DNA from: an uncultured Gammaproteobacteria bacterium
GTDB lineage: Bacteria > Patescibacteriota > Patescibacteriia > Patescibacteriales > GWE2-39-37
NCBI GenBank assembly: GCA_964443495.1
Contig: CAYUCS010000001.1
Coordinates: 341,496 to 405,495, forward strand
Direction of reading: 5' to 3'
DNA: 64,000 nucleotides
Position numbers and translations under genes: made by a program. Below, one piece after another: positions 11,144-19,553 of this stretch. The stretch's first letter is position 1, and every line of letters starts with the position of its first letter. A model generated the notes under the pieces. That model saw only the letters and a program-made list of their open reading frames with translations. It ran no database searches and had not been told where the DNA came from.

Positions 11144-12175
11144 ATGACTTTACAGTATATCTTAGCCTTTTTTTTCAGTCTTGCCGTTTCCGCTACTCTG
11201 ACTTGGCCGATTATCCATTTGGCACGAAAGATCGAATTGGTCGATGCGCCCAATGACGAGCGCAAGCTCCACCGCCAGCCGACACCGCTATTGGGAGGGT
11301 TGGCTATTTTTTTGACCTTCTTCTCCCTGGTATATTGGTTCCGCGACACCATGCTTTCCGGCAACCTTGAGCCTTATCATTTTTTCGGCTTCTTTGTCGG
11401 CGGCCTGTTCCTGATGATCGGCGGCTTTCTGGATGACAAATACAACCTCAAGCCGGTCCAGCAGCTGATGTTTCCGATTTTGGCCATCGCGGCCGTGATT
11501 TCCGGCGGCGTCCACATCGAGAAGATAACGAATCCGGCGGGCGGCTATATCTATCTCGGCGCCTGGTCTGGCATCTTGATCGCTTTCTGGCTGATGGGCA
11601 TGATGTACACTACCAAGCTGCTCGACGGTCTCGATGGATTGGTGACCGGCATGGTGGGCATCGGCGGCTTGATCATTTTCCTATTCACTTCGACTACGCG
11701 CTATTATCAGCCGGACATCGCTTTGGCGTCATTGATATTGGCCGGGGCTTGCGCCGGCTTCCTGATTTTCAATTGGCATCCGGCCAAGATTTTCTTGGGG
11801 GAGGGCGGCTCGCTTTTGCTTGGTTATATCCTTGGCGTACTGGCCATTATCTCTGGCGGCAAGATCGCGATCGCATTGCTGATCATGGGCGTGCCGATCC
11901 TTGATGTCGTGTGGACGATCGTCCGCCGCCTGGCGGCAGGGAGGAATCCTTTCCGTTTCGCCGACCGCAAGCATCTGCATCATCGTCTGTTCGACTTGGG
12001 ATTGGGCCATCGCAAGACTGTGGCCATCTTCTATGCTTTCGCTTTGTTTTTCGGTCTTTCCGGCTTATTCTTGCAGAGCTTGGGCAAGATTTACGCCCTG
12101 GCTGGCCTTTTTGCGGTCATGCTGGTAGTGATCCTGAGTTTCAGTTATTTTGATCGCAAGCGTGCGGCGAAGTAG
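11144..12175 (+). CDS. Glycosyltransferase family 4 (WecA/MraY-like polyprenyl-phosphate sugar-1-phosphate transferase)
   Basis: Multi-TM protein; LVDAPNDERKLHRQPTPLLGGLAIF, FLDDKYNL and FLGEGGSLLLGY blocks. Confidence 0.8.
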   Translation: MTLQYILAFFFSLAVSATLTWPIIHLARKIELVDAPNDERKLHRQPTPLLGGLAIFLTFFSLVYWFRDTMLSGNLEPYHFFGFFVGGLFLMIGGFLDDKYNLKPVQQLMFPILAIAAVISGGVHIEKITNPAGGYIYLGAWSGILIAFWLMGMMYTTKLLDGLDGLVTGMVGIGGLIIFLFTSTTRYYQPDIALASLILAGACAGFLIFNWHPAKIFLGEGGSLLLGYILGVLAIISGGKIAIALLIMGVPILDVVWTIVRRLAAGRNPFRFADRKHLHHRLFDLGLGHRKTVAIFYAFALFFGLSGLFLQSLGKIYALAGLFAVMLVVILSFSYFDRKRAAK

Positions 12176-12240
12176 ATTTTATCTTATTTTAGCAAAAATA
12201 TTTGGAATCAAAATGTTCGTTAGGAGCGAAGCGTTCGAGC

Positions 12241-12268
12241 TTGACTTTTTGGCATTTTTTAGTATAAT
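12241..12268 (+). promoter_or_regulatory. Sigma-70-type promoter for rplU
   Basis: TTGACT (12241-12246), 16-nt spacer, TATAAT (12263-12268). Confidence 0.55.
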
Positions 12269-12321
12269 AAAGCATACCGCCTGAAAGTGGCGCGTTTTTA
12301 TTTATATTTGCAATAATCCAT

Positions 12322-12636
12322 ATGGCAAAAATCGCAATCATCAAGACTGGCGGCAAACAGTACAAAGTTGAAGCTGGTAAATCGTTAAAGATCGAAAAGC
12401 TCCCATTGGAAGTCGGCGCAACCGTCAAATTCGAGACCTTGATGGTCGCTGAGGCTGATGGCGCGACCCTCGAACTCGGCAAGCCTTCATTGGGCGAACG
12501 CGTCGAGGCCAAAGTGCTTGAGCAGGACAAGGCCGACAAGGTTTCGGTCATCAAGTATAAGAACAAGACCCGCTACAAGAGGAACGTCGGCCATCGCCAG
12601 CCTTACACCAAGGTCGAGGTCACTTCTATCTCCTAA
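12322..12636 (+). CDS. rplU: 50S ribosomal protein L21
   Basis: MAKIAIIKTGGKQYKVEAG... canonical L21. Confidence 0.9.
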   Translation: MAKIAIIKTGGKQYKVEAGKSLKIEKLPLEVGATVKFETLMVAEADGATLELGKPSLGERVEAKVLEQDKADKVSVIKYKNKTRYKRNVGHRQPYTKVEVTSIS

Positions 12637-12653
12637 GATCAAAACGTACATAT

Positions 12654-12686
12654 AAAAAAACATCCGCGTGAAGCGGATGTTTTTTT
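12654..12686. terminator. Bidirectional terminator between rplU and recR
   Basis: CATCCGC-GTGAA-GCGGATG flanked by A7 and T7. Confidence 0.7.
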
Positions 12687-12692
12687 ATATGT

Positions 12693-13316
12693 CTAAGTGA
12701 GTTCGTTGCGATAGCGGAGAGCGTTGCCAAGCGTCATCTCATCGACATACTCGAGGTTGGCGCCCATCGGCAGGCCGCGAGCCAGCCGGGTGACTTTTAT
12801 AGGGAGAGGCTTCAGGATCTTGGCCAGATACATGCTGGTCGTTTCGCCTTCGATGGTCGGATTCAGAGCCAGGATGACCTCTTTGACCTGGCCAGTCTTC
12901 AGTTGGGCCAAAAGCGGTTCGAGATTGAGGCTGCTAGGGCCGATGCCTTCGAGCTGGTTCAGCTCGGCGCCGAGCACGTAAAAACGGCCCTGGAATTGCC
13001 GGCTCGATTCGATGGCCAGATAATCGCGCTGATCCGAGACGATGCACAGCTGACCGTTCTGCCGGCGCTGGTCAGAGCAAATCGCGCACGGACTGGCCTC
13101 GGCGATGGCAAAGCAGGAGCGGCACCTGGTGACGCCCTGCTGGAGCGAAGCGATCGCCTGGCTGAGCTCGGCAACATTCTTTTCCGGCTGAGCCAAGAGC
13201 GACAAGGCGAACCGTTCGGCCGTCTTCGGTCCGACGGTCGGCAGTTTGGCAAAAGCCTCTATTAATCTTTGTATAGCCTTAGGGTAGTGCATATGAATAA
13301 CAGGGTCAGAGAGCAT
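12693..13316 (-). CDS. recR: Recombination protein RecR
   Basis: LPTVGPKTAERFA helix-hairpin-helix, CRSC...CAIC zinc finger, Toprim region; alternative start ATG at 13292. Confidence 0.9.
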   Translation of the reverse strand: MLSDPVIHMHYPKAIQRLIEAFAKLPTVGPKTAERFALSLLAQPEKNVAELSQAIASLQQGVTRCRSCFAIAEASPCAICSDQRRQNGQLCIVSDQRDYLAIESSRQFQGRFYVLGAELNQLEGIGPSSLNLEPLLAQLKTGQVKEVILALNPTIEGETTSMYLAKILKPLPIKVTRLARGLPMGANLEYVDEMTLGNALRYRNELT

Positions 13317-13347
13317 GGCACAGGGATCGACTGCGGGTGAGCAGTCG

Positions 13348-13381
13348 GTTCTCCGCAGGTTCCGGAAGGACCAAGGAGAAC
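13348..13381 (-). promoter_or_regulatory. Stable intercistronic hairpin between ybaB and recR
   Basis: GTTCTCC / GGAGAAC outer stem enclosing GGTTCC-GGAA-GGACC. Confidence 0.4.
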
Positions 13382-13390
13382 AGCCTTAGC

Positions 13391-13666
13391 TTACATCAAC
13401 CCAGGAAAGCCGCCCATTTCCTGTAGCTTGGCAGCCATCAGTTTCTGAGTCTTTTTTACGGCCTCGTTGATCGCTTCCTTGACGTTCTTTTCAGTCGATT
13501 CTTTGGAAGCGCCGTCGGCAATCGTCAGGGAGGTGACTTCCAGATTGCCATTCATCTCGACCTTGACCCCGCCGCGTTCGACGGTTACGGATTCTTTGGC
13601 CAGGGCGTTCTGCATGGTTTTGGCCTGGTCGCGCAAATCCTTGATTTGTTTGAGCTTGTTGAACAT
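13391..13666 (-). CDS. ybaB: Nucleoid-associated protein YbaB/EbfC
   Basis: 91 aa; MFNKLKQIKDLRDQAKTMQ...GGVKVEMNGNLEV; upstream of recR. Confidence 0.85.
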   Translation of the reverse strand: MFNKLKQIKDLRDQAKTMQNALAKESVTVERGGVKVEMNGNLEVTSLTIADGASKESTEKNVKEAINEAVKKTQKLMAAKLQEMGGFPGLM

Positions 13667-13834
13667 GGTTTTATGTTATACTTATTAGTAAGCCATAAGG
13701 CACCGACATAGTCATAATTATGCCTGGTCACGGCTTTTTTTTCAATGTCCCGATCCCAAGCGAAGCAGAGTCGAGAGATTATCTATTTTCAGGGGCTAAT
13801 AATAGCTATTTTAAAGCGGACTAATATCAAAACA

Positions 13835-14389
13835 ATGGCTGATGAACTGGTCGATATATTCGATGGCGACGGCAAACCGACCGGAGTCACGAAACTTAAA
13901 AGCGAGGCGCATCGAGACGGCTTGTGGCATCGTGCCGTCCATGTTTGGTTATATAATTCGCGGGGCGAGATACTGTTGCAACTGCGCGCGAAAGGGAAGC
14001 AGCTATATCCAGGCGTGTGGGATCTTTCAGCTGCCGGGCATGTCGCCGCTGGCGAAGATCCTGTTGCTGCCGCAGCCAGGGAGCTGGAAGAAGAGCTCGG
14101 CTTAAGGGTCGCCCAGGCTGACCTTGAATTCTTCAAGTCGGTGAAGAATTCGCCGCCGTATCCCGGTTTCAGCAATAACGAGTTCTATTTCGTTTACTTT
14201 TGCAAGTTCAATGGACGGGCCGACGAGCTCAAGCTCCAGGGCGACGAAGTCGAGGCGGCAAGGTTATTTTCCATCGATCAGGTCGAAGCCGATCTGTCGC
14301 TTGACCGCACTAAGTTCGTCCCGCATGGGGAATATTGGCAAGACGCTTTGTCCGGTCTTAAGCGCGTAATTAAAGACGAATTAAATTGA
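13835..14389 (+). CDS. NUDIX hydrolase
   Basis: Nudix box GHVAAGEDPVAAAARELEEELGL; ATG at 13835 preferred over the ORF opening at 13745. Confidence 0.75.
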   Translation: MADELVDIFDGDGKPTGVTKLKSEAHRDGLWHRAVHVWLYNSRGEILLQLRAKGKQLYPGVWDLSAAGHVAAGEDPVAAAARELEEELGLRVAQADLEFFKSVKNSPPYPGFSNNEFYFVYFCKFNGRADELKLQGDEVEAARLFSIDQVEADLSLDRTKFVPHGEYWQDALSGLKRVIKDELN

Positions 14390-14395
14390 AACGAC

Positions 14396-14839
14396 ATGGT
14401 ACAAAAACTTATCGACCAGCATGGCAGATTGAGAGAGTTGCTCAAAGAGATGGAGGCATCTGCTAGCCTTCCGGAAAAGCATGTCTCGATCGGCAGGCTG
14501 CAGTCTGAATTCAAGAGCGTTTTGTTTGAGCATCTTGCTCTGGAAAATGAAAAGTTCTACCCCAGGCTGATAGCGGCCATAGGCGCAAGCGACGCGTCGG
14601 CTGATGGCGTCGAGCGGATCAAGCGTTTCATCGCGGGCATGAAAGATATCGGCGTTAAGATTGAAAGCTTTTTGAAGAAATATGATGACGATCGCTCGAT
14701 CGAGTCAAACTGGGAGGATTATGGAAAGGATTTGGCCGAGTGCGCGTCTTTGCTTAGAATCAGGATGGAATCCGAAGAAGAGGGCGTGTATATGGAATGG
14801 GAAATTTACGGAGCGAACATCAACGATTGGCGGGAGTGA
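14396..14839 (+). CDS. Hemerythrin-like (HHE cation-binding) domain protein, tentative
   Basis: LFEHLALENEKFYPRL type helix; all-helical; 147 aa. Confidence 0.4.
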   Translation: MVQKLIDQHGRLRELLKEMEASASLPEKHVSIGRLQSEFKSVLFEHLALENEKFYPRLIAAIGASDASADGVERIKRFIAGMKDIGVKIESFLKKYDDDRSIESNWEDYGKDLAECASLLRIRMESEEEGVYMEWEIYGANINDWRE

Positions 14840-14844
14840 ACATA

Positions 14845-14875
14845 AAACGAGCCCCGGTAGGGCTCGTTTTTTTTG
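14845..14875. terminator. Bidirectional terminator
   Basis: ACGAGCCC / GGGCTCGT stem followed by T8. Confidence 0.65.
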
Positions 14876-14881
14876 TTCGCG

Positions 14882-16267
14882 CTAGAAATTCGGCGGCGGT
14901 TCGTGCTGCAGATCGACGTTCTTGAAATCGGCAGTATCGTCATCGAAGTATAAGTCGATTTTTCCGGTCGGACCGTTTCTGTGCTTGGCCACATGCAGTT
15001 CGGCGCTATGCTTGTCGAATTCGGACAAGTCCTCGCGGCGGTAGTTGCGGTCGGCAGCCTTGCGGTAGATGAACATGACGATATCGGCGTCTTGCTCGAT
15101 CGAGCCGGATTCGCGCAAGTGGGCGAGTTTCGGAATGGCCGGGGTCGATTGTTCGACGGTGCGCGAGAGCTGGGACAGGGCCAAGACGGGGATGTTCAGC
15201 TCGCGGGCTAAGTTCTTGAGGCCGCGGGAGATTTCCGAAACTTCCTGCACGCGATTGTCCGAGTATTTGCCGCGGCCTTCCATCAGCTGCAGGTAGTCGA
15301 TGACCACGAAGTCGAGGCCTTTCTCGATCTGCAGGCGGCGGCACTTGGTGCGGATATCCATGATAGTGGTATTCGAGGAATCGTCGATGTAGATCTTGGC
15401 TTCTGCCAATTCGCCCATGGCCTGGCCGATCTTGGTGAAGTCGTTGTCTTCGCCCGAGTCTGAGAGGCGGCCGGTGCGCATCTTCCATAAGCCGACGCTG
15501 GCCTGGGCGCAGAGCATGCGATCGACCAGCTGTTCCTTGCCCATTTCCAAAGAAAAGATGCCGACCGAAACCTTGTTTTTCAGGGAAACCATGCGGGCCA
15601 TGTCCAGTGCGAACGAAGTCTTGCCGACCGAAGGACGGGCGGCCAAGATGATCAAGTCGGAACGCTGCAATCCGCCCAAAAGTTCATCGACGCCATGGAA
15701 GCCGGTCGAGAGTCCGCGCAGCTTGCCGCCTTGGCGGTGCAGCTCGTCGATACGTTCGAAGGCTTCGGCCAAAAGGGAATCGATCGGCAGAAAAGCGTTC
15801 TTGGTGAATTTCTGGGAAACGGAAAAAAGCTTCTGTTCGGCCTGGTCCAGGACTTGCTCGATGTCTTCCTCTTCGGTGTAGCCCATCTCGGACAGCTGGG
15901 CGGCCACGTTCAGCAGCCGGCGCAGCGTCGCCTTGCGCTGGACGATATTTGCATAGAAGACGACATGCGAAGAAGTGGCGACCGAGTTGGAGATTTCCGC
16001 CAGGTAGCCGCGGCCGCCGATCTTTTCAAGATGCCCCTTGTCCATCAGGCGGCTCGAAAGGGTGAGGATGTCGATCGGTTCCTGCTTGGCGTACAGCTCC
16101 TTCATCGCCTCGAAGATGAGCTCATGCGACTCTTTGTAGAAATCGTTGGGCTGCAAGAAATCAGCGATCTTGATGATCGAGTCCTTGTCAATCAAAAGAC
16201 AGCCGAGAAGCGACTGTTCAGTTTCGATGCTTTGGGGCGGCAGTTTGCCGACGACCTGGTTATTCAT
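14882..16267 (-). CDS. dnaB: Replicative DNA helicase DnaB
   Basis: PPQSIETEQSLLGCLL N-terminal domain, ARPSVGKTSFAL Walker A, VVIDYLQLM Walker B. Confidence 0.95.
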   Translation of the reverse strand: MNNQVVGKLPPQSIETEQSLLGCLLIDKDSIIKIADFLQPNDFYKESHELIFEAMKELYAKQEPIDILTLSSRLMDKGHLEKIGGRGYLAEISNSVATSSHVVFYANIVQRKATLRRLLNVAAQLSEMGYTEEEDIEQVLDQAEQKLFSVSQKFTKNAFLPIDSLLAEAFERIDELHRQGGKLRGLSTGFHGVDELLGGLQRSDLIILAARPSVGKTSFALDMARMVSLKNKVSVGIFSLEMGKEQLVDRMLCAQASVGLWKMRTGRLSDSGEDNDFTKIGQAMGELAEAKIYIDDSSNTTIMDIRTKCRRLQIEKGLDFVVIDYLQLMEGRGKYSDNRVQEVSEISRGLKNLARELNIPVLALSQLSRTVEQSTPAIPKLAHLRESGSIEQDADIVMFIYRKAADRNYRREDLSEFDKHSAELHVAKHRNGPTGKIDLYFDDDTADFKNVDLQHEPPPNF

Positions 16268-16351
16268 AAGGGTATCTTAACGATTCGCCGGCAATTTAGC
16301 AAGCAGTGATTTTGCACTTTTTTTCCACCTCTGGGCGGCAGCCGGCCAGTC

Positions 16352-16380
16352 TTGTCAAAATCATTTTTTTGTGTTAATAT
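16352..16380 (+). promoter_or_regulatory. Promoter for tRNA-Lys
   Basis: TTGTCA, 17-nt spacer, TAATAT (preceded by TGT), 55 nt upstream of the tRNA. Confidence 0.45.
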
Positions 16381-16435
16381 ACACTTAATCAAGATAATTC
16401 TGCCTCGTGCAGTTTTATTTTTGGTCGACAATTTA

Positions 16436-16508
16436 GCGCCCATAGCTCAGTTGGTAGAGCAGGTCCCTTTTAAGGACAAGGTCCAAGGTTCGAGTCCTTG
16501 TGGGCGCA
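16436..16508 (+). tRNA. tRNA-Lys(UUU): tRNA-Lys (anticodon UUU)
   Basis: Cloverleaf: GCGCCCA/TGGGCGC acceptor, GCTC/GAGC D stem, CTTTTAA anticodon loop, CAAGG-TTCGAGT-CCTTG T arm; no encoded CCA. Confidence 0.9.
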
Positions 16509-16510
16509 CA
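16489..16510 (+). repeat. Direct repeat copy 1 (the tRNA-Lys 3' end itself)
   Basis: TTCGAGTCCTTGTGGGCGCACA, identical to 16678-16699. Confidence 0.9.
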
Positions 16511-16549
16511 AATATAAAGCACCGGCCAATCGGCTGGTGCTTTATATTT
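16510..16549 (+). terminator. Long AT-flanked hairpin after tRNA-Lys
   Basis: AAATATAAAGCACCGGCC / GGCTGGTGCTTTATATTT ~18-bp stem with one G-U pair. Confidence 0.6.
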
Positions 16550-16663
16550 GTGCGTTCTCTAGGTAAAGCGAATTTTGCGGGAGGAGGGTGCTAAAATATA
16601 CAAAATAATTTCCAGTTATTAATTAATAAAATCAATAATAAATGACCACTTCTCATGAGAGAC

Positions 16664-16699
16664 GGGGCTTTCGCCCCTTCGAGTCCTTGTGGGCGCACA
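16664..16699 (+). repeat. GGGGCTTTCGCCCC hairpin plus direct repeat copy 2 (tRNA-Lys 3'-end fragment, att-like)
   Basis: Hairpin at 16664-16677 abuts the exact 22-nt copy of the tRNA 3' end at 16678-16699. Confidence 0.85.
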
Positions 16700-16779
16700 T
16701 CGCTTTTATTGATTATTCAGGGGCGCTGTGTTAAAACGAGAATAATCGTACATTCTATTTCAAGTTTAAGGAGGTTCGG

Positions 16780-17691
16780 ATGAAAAAGCTGATCAGAATC
16801 ATATTTGATGAAGTGATGGCCCGCATCCTGAATGCGCGCCGTTTCAACAACCCGTTCTGCTGGGTGCGGCTGCGTATGTGCCTGAGTTTTGCTAACCGGC
16901 TGGTCGACGAGAAGGATTGGTACATGATCAAGCTTTACAGCGGCATGCAGACGCCGCTCCTCGACGCCATCGAGTATCTGGCAAAGGTCGGGGACTACTC
17001 CTCGGTTCCGCGGCTTGAGACGCTGCTCCGGCACTACCTGAAGAAATCTGAAGAGGGCGGGCGGACAAGCGATTGGGGCGGCGGAGAAGTCACTTGCTTC
17101 TACGGCCCGATGGACTACATGCCTCAGTATGTGCAGACCGCGGCCATCCGGGCGCTGTTCGCCTTGATGGCTAAAGCCGATGCCGAGAATCTCGCCAAGG
17201 AACTTCTGGCGCAAGCCGAAACCAACGGCCTGTGCGAACGCTCGCTCGAAGAGGTGTCGGAATTCCTCGAACTCGGCTACATCGGCCGCGGCTTTTGGCG
17301 CGACGATGCCAGGTATCAGGCGCCGTTCAAGGTGCCGGAGGATTCTATCATGCTGCACCAGGGGTATCGTGGGCGTGCCGATGGCAGCTTTATCGAATAT
17401 TTCCTGGTGTATGCCAGTCAGGCTGACTACAAAGTCGACAAGACTGCCGACAACTCGGGTTTTTCCTGGATAACTGCAACCCTGGTATTGGGGGTCAGCG
17501 AATCCGAGAGCTGTAGCGTCAAGGTCAAGTATATAGTTCACGAGGATGGCGTCGGAGTCATTGATGGCCTGATTTTCGATCTTGAAGATATTTTCAACGA
17601 CAACTACCGTAAATTGAAGAAGTTGGAGCGTCTGTGGCTGAGATTCCGAGAAGGGATCCTGCCGGAGGCACGCCCCGAATTCGTTGCGTAA
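16780..17691 (+). CDS. Hypothetical protein with N-terminal HEAT-like repeat
   Basis: Strong AAGGAGG Shine-Dalgarno; LLDAIEYLAKVGDYSSVPRLETLL resembles a HEAT/PBS-lyase repeat; the rest is unknown. Confidence 0.6.
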   Translation: MKKLIRIIFDEVMARILNARRFNNPFCWVRLRMCLSFANRLVDEKDWYMIKLYSGMQTPLLDAIEYLAKVGDYSSVPRLETLLRHYLKKSEEGGRTSDWGGGEVTCFYGPMDYMPQYVQTAAIRALFALMAKADAENLAKELLAQAETNGLCERSLEEVSEFLELGYIGRGFWRDDARYQAPFKVPEDSIMLHQGYRGRADGSFIEYFLVYASQADYKVDKTADNSGFSWITATLVLGVSESESCSVKVKYIVHEDGVGVIDGLIFDLEDIFNDNYRKLKKLERLWLRFREGILPEARPEFVA

Positions 17692-17736
17692 ACAGCAGCT
17701 GCATCGATTTGCAAGTAACCGCCCCTTGAAAGAAAT

Positions 17737-17765
17737 AAGCCCCCTCAGGAAACAGAGGGGGCTTT
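17737..17765. terminator. Bidirectional terminator between convergent orphan genes
   Basis: AAGCCCCCTC / GAGGGGGCTT 10-bp stem. Confidence 0.6.
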
Positions 17766-17788
17766 AATATTGCTGGGCCAGCTAGGTT

Positions 17789-18340
17789 TTAGTCGAACCG
17801 TGCATGGCCGCACAAGAAAAAGGGCATCGGTGGCGGCGGATCGGCAGGTGGACGCCAACCGTCATGACAGTAGGTGCGCGGGATGATGAGGCTGCCTTGT
17901 TCAACTCTGGTTACGACAGAACAGGGGAAGGTCAGCCGGCTCATATCTCGGCCGCCGAAGCCCGTCATCTTTTCCCGTAGAACCATAAGGCAGATCAGCG
18001 ATTCCGGCGGATCAGTAGGCAGTGTTTTGAAATTCTGTCGGAACTCTGATTCGAGCAACTGCCAGGTCATGCCCAGGAAGATGGCTTGCCACTCCGATGG
18101 GTGGGAGTACTCGAATTCTTCGCAGGCCGGTTCAGTAATCGGGAAAAGGAGCGTTCTATCTCCTTCGGCGGCATGCCACAGCAAGGCGTGGGTCCTTGCT
18201 TCATTGACCTTGACTACGGTCAAGAAAGGCTCGTCCAGCTTCATCGCAGCAGCCCGGTATTCGGCCATCAGCGCGAATCTTTCTTCTTGGGTTTTGATAT
18301 CCCAAGGGTTTAAAGGATCAAACAAATCTTTCCAGTCCAT
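17789..18340 (-). CDS. Hypothetical protein
   Basis: AAGGAGG Shine-Dalgarno before the ATG at 18340 (MDWKDLFD...); 183 aa; no domain recognised. Confidence 0.55.
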   Translation of the reverse strand: MDWKDLFDPLNPWDIKTQEERFALMAEYRAAAMKLDEPFLTVVKVNEARTHALLWHAAEGDRTLLFPITEPACEEFEYSHPSEWQAIFLGMTWQLLESEFRQNFKTLPTDPPESLICLMVLREKMTGFGGRDMSRLTFPCSVVTRVEQGSLIIPRTYCHDGWRPPADPPPPMPFFLCGHARFD

Positions 18341-18449
18341 ATGAAAGGCCTCCTTGCGGGAAATTTGCGTAACTACCTTACTTATATGAATAAATGCCCA
18401 TGTTGTCAATTTGCGGCGGTTTTGGCGATTTGGCCCGCTCGAGGGTAGA

Positions 18450-18458
18450 TGATATAAT
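18450..18458 (+). promoter_or_regulatory. Extended -10 element TGATATAAT
   Basis: TGnTATAAT 28 nt upstream of the GH130-like start. Confidence 0.4.
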
Positions 18459-18486
18459 AATGATAACTAAGAAATAATCTCAGCTT

Positions 18487-19524
18487 ATGGTTAATGTCCA
18501 AAAATTAGGCCTAGTCCTGGAGCCGACCCAGAACTCGTTCGAAACCAGGGCGGTCTTGAATCCGGCAGTCTTCCAGGACGGCAATGATATCCATGTCATT
18601 TATCGCGCGATCGACGAGGGCTATATGTCGTGCCTCGGCTATGCCAGGCTGTCCGGCCCGACTACGGTGGTCGAACGGTGGAACAAGCCGTTCATGGTGC
18701 CGAAATTGAAGGCCGAAAGCAAGGGCATCGAGGATCCGCGCATCGTCAAGATCGACGGTACCTACTATATGACCTATGTGGCGCACGACGGCAAGAATGC
18801 CGTGACCTATTATGCTGACGGTCCGAGCCTGTTCGAGTTGAGCCGTTGCCATATGGTCAGCCCCAAGATTATGTACAAGGAGGCGGCCGAGATTTTCCGC
18901 TATCAGAAGTTGAAGGACGACTATTATTTCTACGAAGCTTTCTACAAGGAATTCAGCGGCAAGAATATCTTGATCTGGCACAAGGATTGCATCCTGTTCC
19001 CGGAAAAGATCGGCGGCCAATTCAAAATGCTTCAGCGTATCTTGCCGGATATCCAGATCATCGGCTTCGACGATTTCGGGCAGTTCAAGGAAAAATATTT
19101 CTGGATCCATTATCTTTTGGATGAGTTGGCGGAGAATGTGGTTCTCGAGAGCGAGTACACTTTCGAGGAGCGCAACGTCGGCGGCGGCTGCCCGCCGATC
19201 AAGACTCCTGACGGCTGGCTCATGATCTACCATGGCGTGCACGAGAATAATCAGACGCGGACATACAGCGCGGGCGCGGCCTTGCTTGATTTGGAAAATC
19301 CGGCCAAGCTGATCGCCAAGCTGCCATATCCTTTATTCTCGCCATCGAACGAAGCCGAGTCCAGCGGGCTGGTCAATAATGTGGTCTTTCCGACCGGCAC
19401 CGCCCAATTCGGCGACGACCTCTATATTTATTACGGCGCAGCTGATACCCGTATTGCCGTGGCCAAGGTCAGCATGGCCGAGCTCTTGGCCGAGCTTAAG
19501 GCCAATCCGGTCAAGAAGGTTTAA
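18487..19524 (+). CDS. Glycoside hydrolase family 130-like (beta-mannoside phosphorylase/glycosidase, 5-bladed propeller)
   Basis: VLNPAVFQDGNDIHVIYRA...IEDPRIVKIDGTYYMTYVAHDG...MIYHGV pattern. Confidence 0.6.
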   Translation: MVNVQKLGLVLEPTQNSFETRAVLNPAVFQDGNDIHVIYRAIDEGYMSCLGYARLSGPTTVVERWNKPFMVPKLKAESKGIEDPRIVKIDGTYYMTYVAHDGKNAVTYYADGPSLFELSRCHMVSPKIMYKEAAEIFRYQKLKDDYYFYEAFYKEFSGKNILIWHKDCILFPEKIGGQFKMLQRILPDIQIIGFDDFGQFKEKYFWIHYLLDELAENVVLESEYTFEERNVGGGCPPIKTPDGWLMIYHGVHENNQTRTYSAGAALLDLENPAKLIAKLPYPLFSPSNEAESSGLVNNVVFPTGTAQFGDDLYIYYGAADTRIAVAKVSMAELLAELKANPVKKV

Positions 19525-19553
19525 CAAGCGGCCATCGGCCGATAAGCGATAAT

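Noticed and set aside
13317-13390. SRP (4.5S) RNA-like motif CAGGTTCCGGAAGGACCAAGG between recR and ybaB
   Set aside because: The GGAA tetraloop hairpin is present, but the conserved domain IV AGCAGC/GGA loops are missing. The helix does not extend into a roughly 100-nt molecule, and the spacer is only 74 nt. I kept it only as an intercistronic hairpin.
16352-16594. 80-aa plus-strand ORF
   Set aside because: It runs straight through the tRNA-Lys gene and its terminator, so it is a non-coding artefact.
16640-16700. tmRNA or split-tRNA half (GGGGC... start followed by a T-loop and acceptor 3' strand)
   Set aside because: There is no tag reading frame, no pseudoknots, no tRNA-Ala-like acceptor with a G-U pair, and no complementary 5' half nearby. 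The exact identity with the adjacent tRNA-Lys 3' end favours a recombination footprint.
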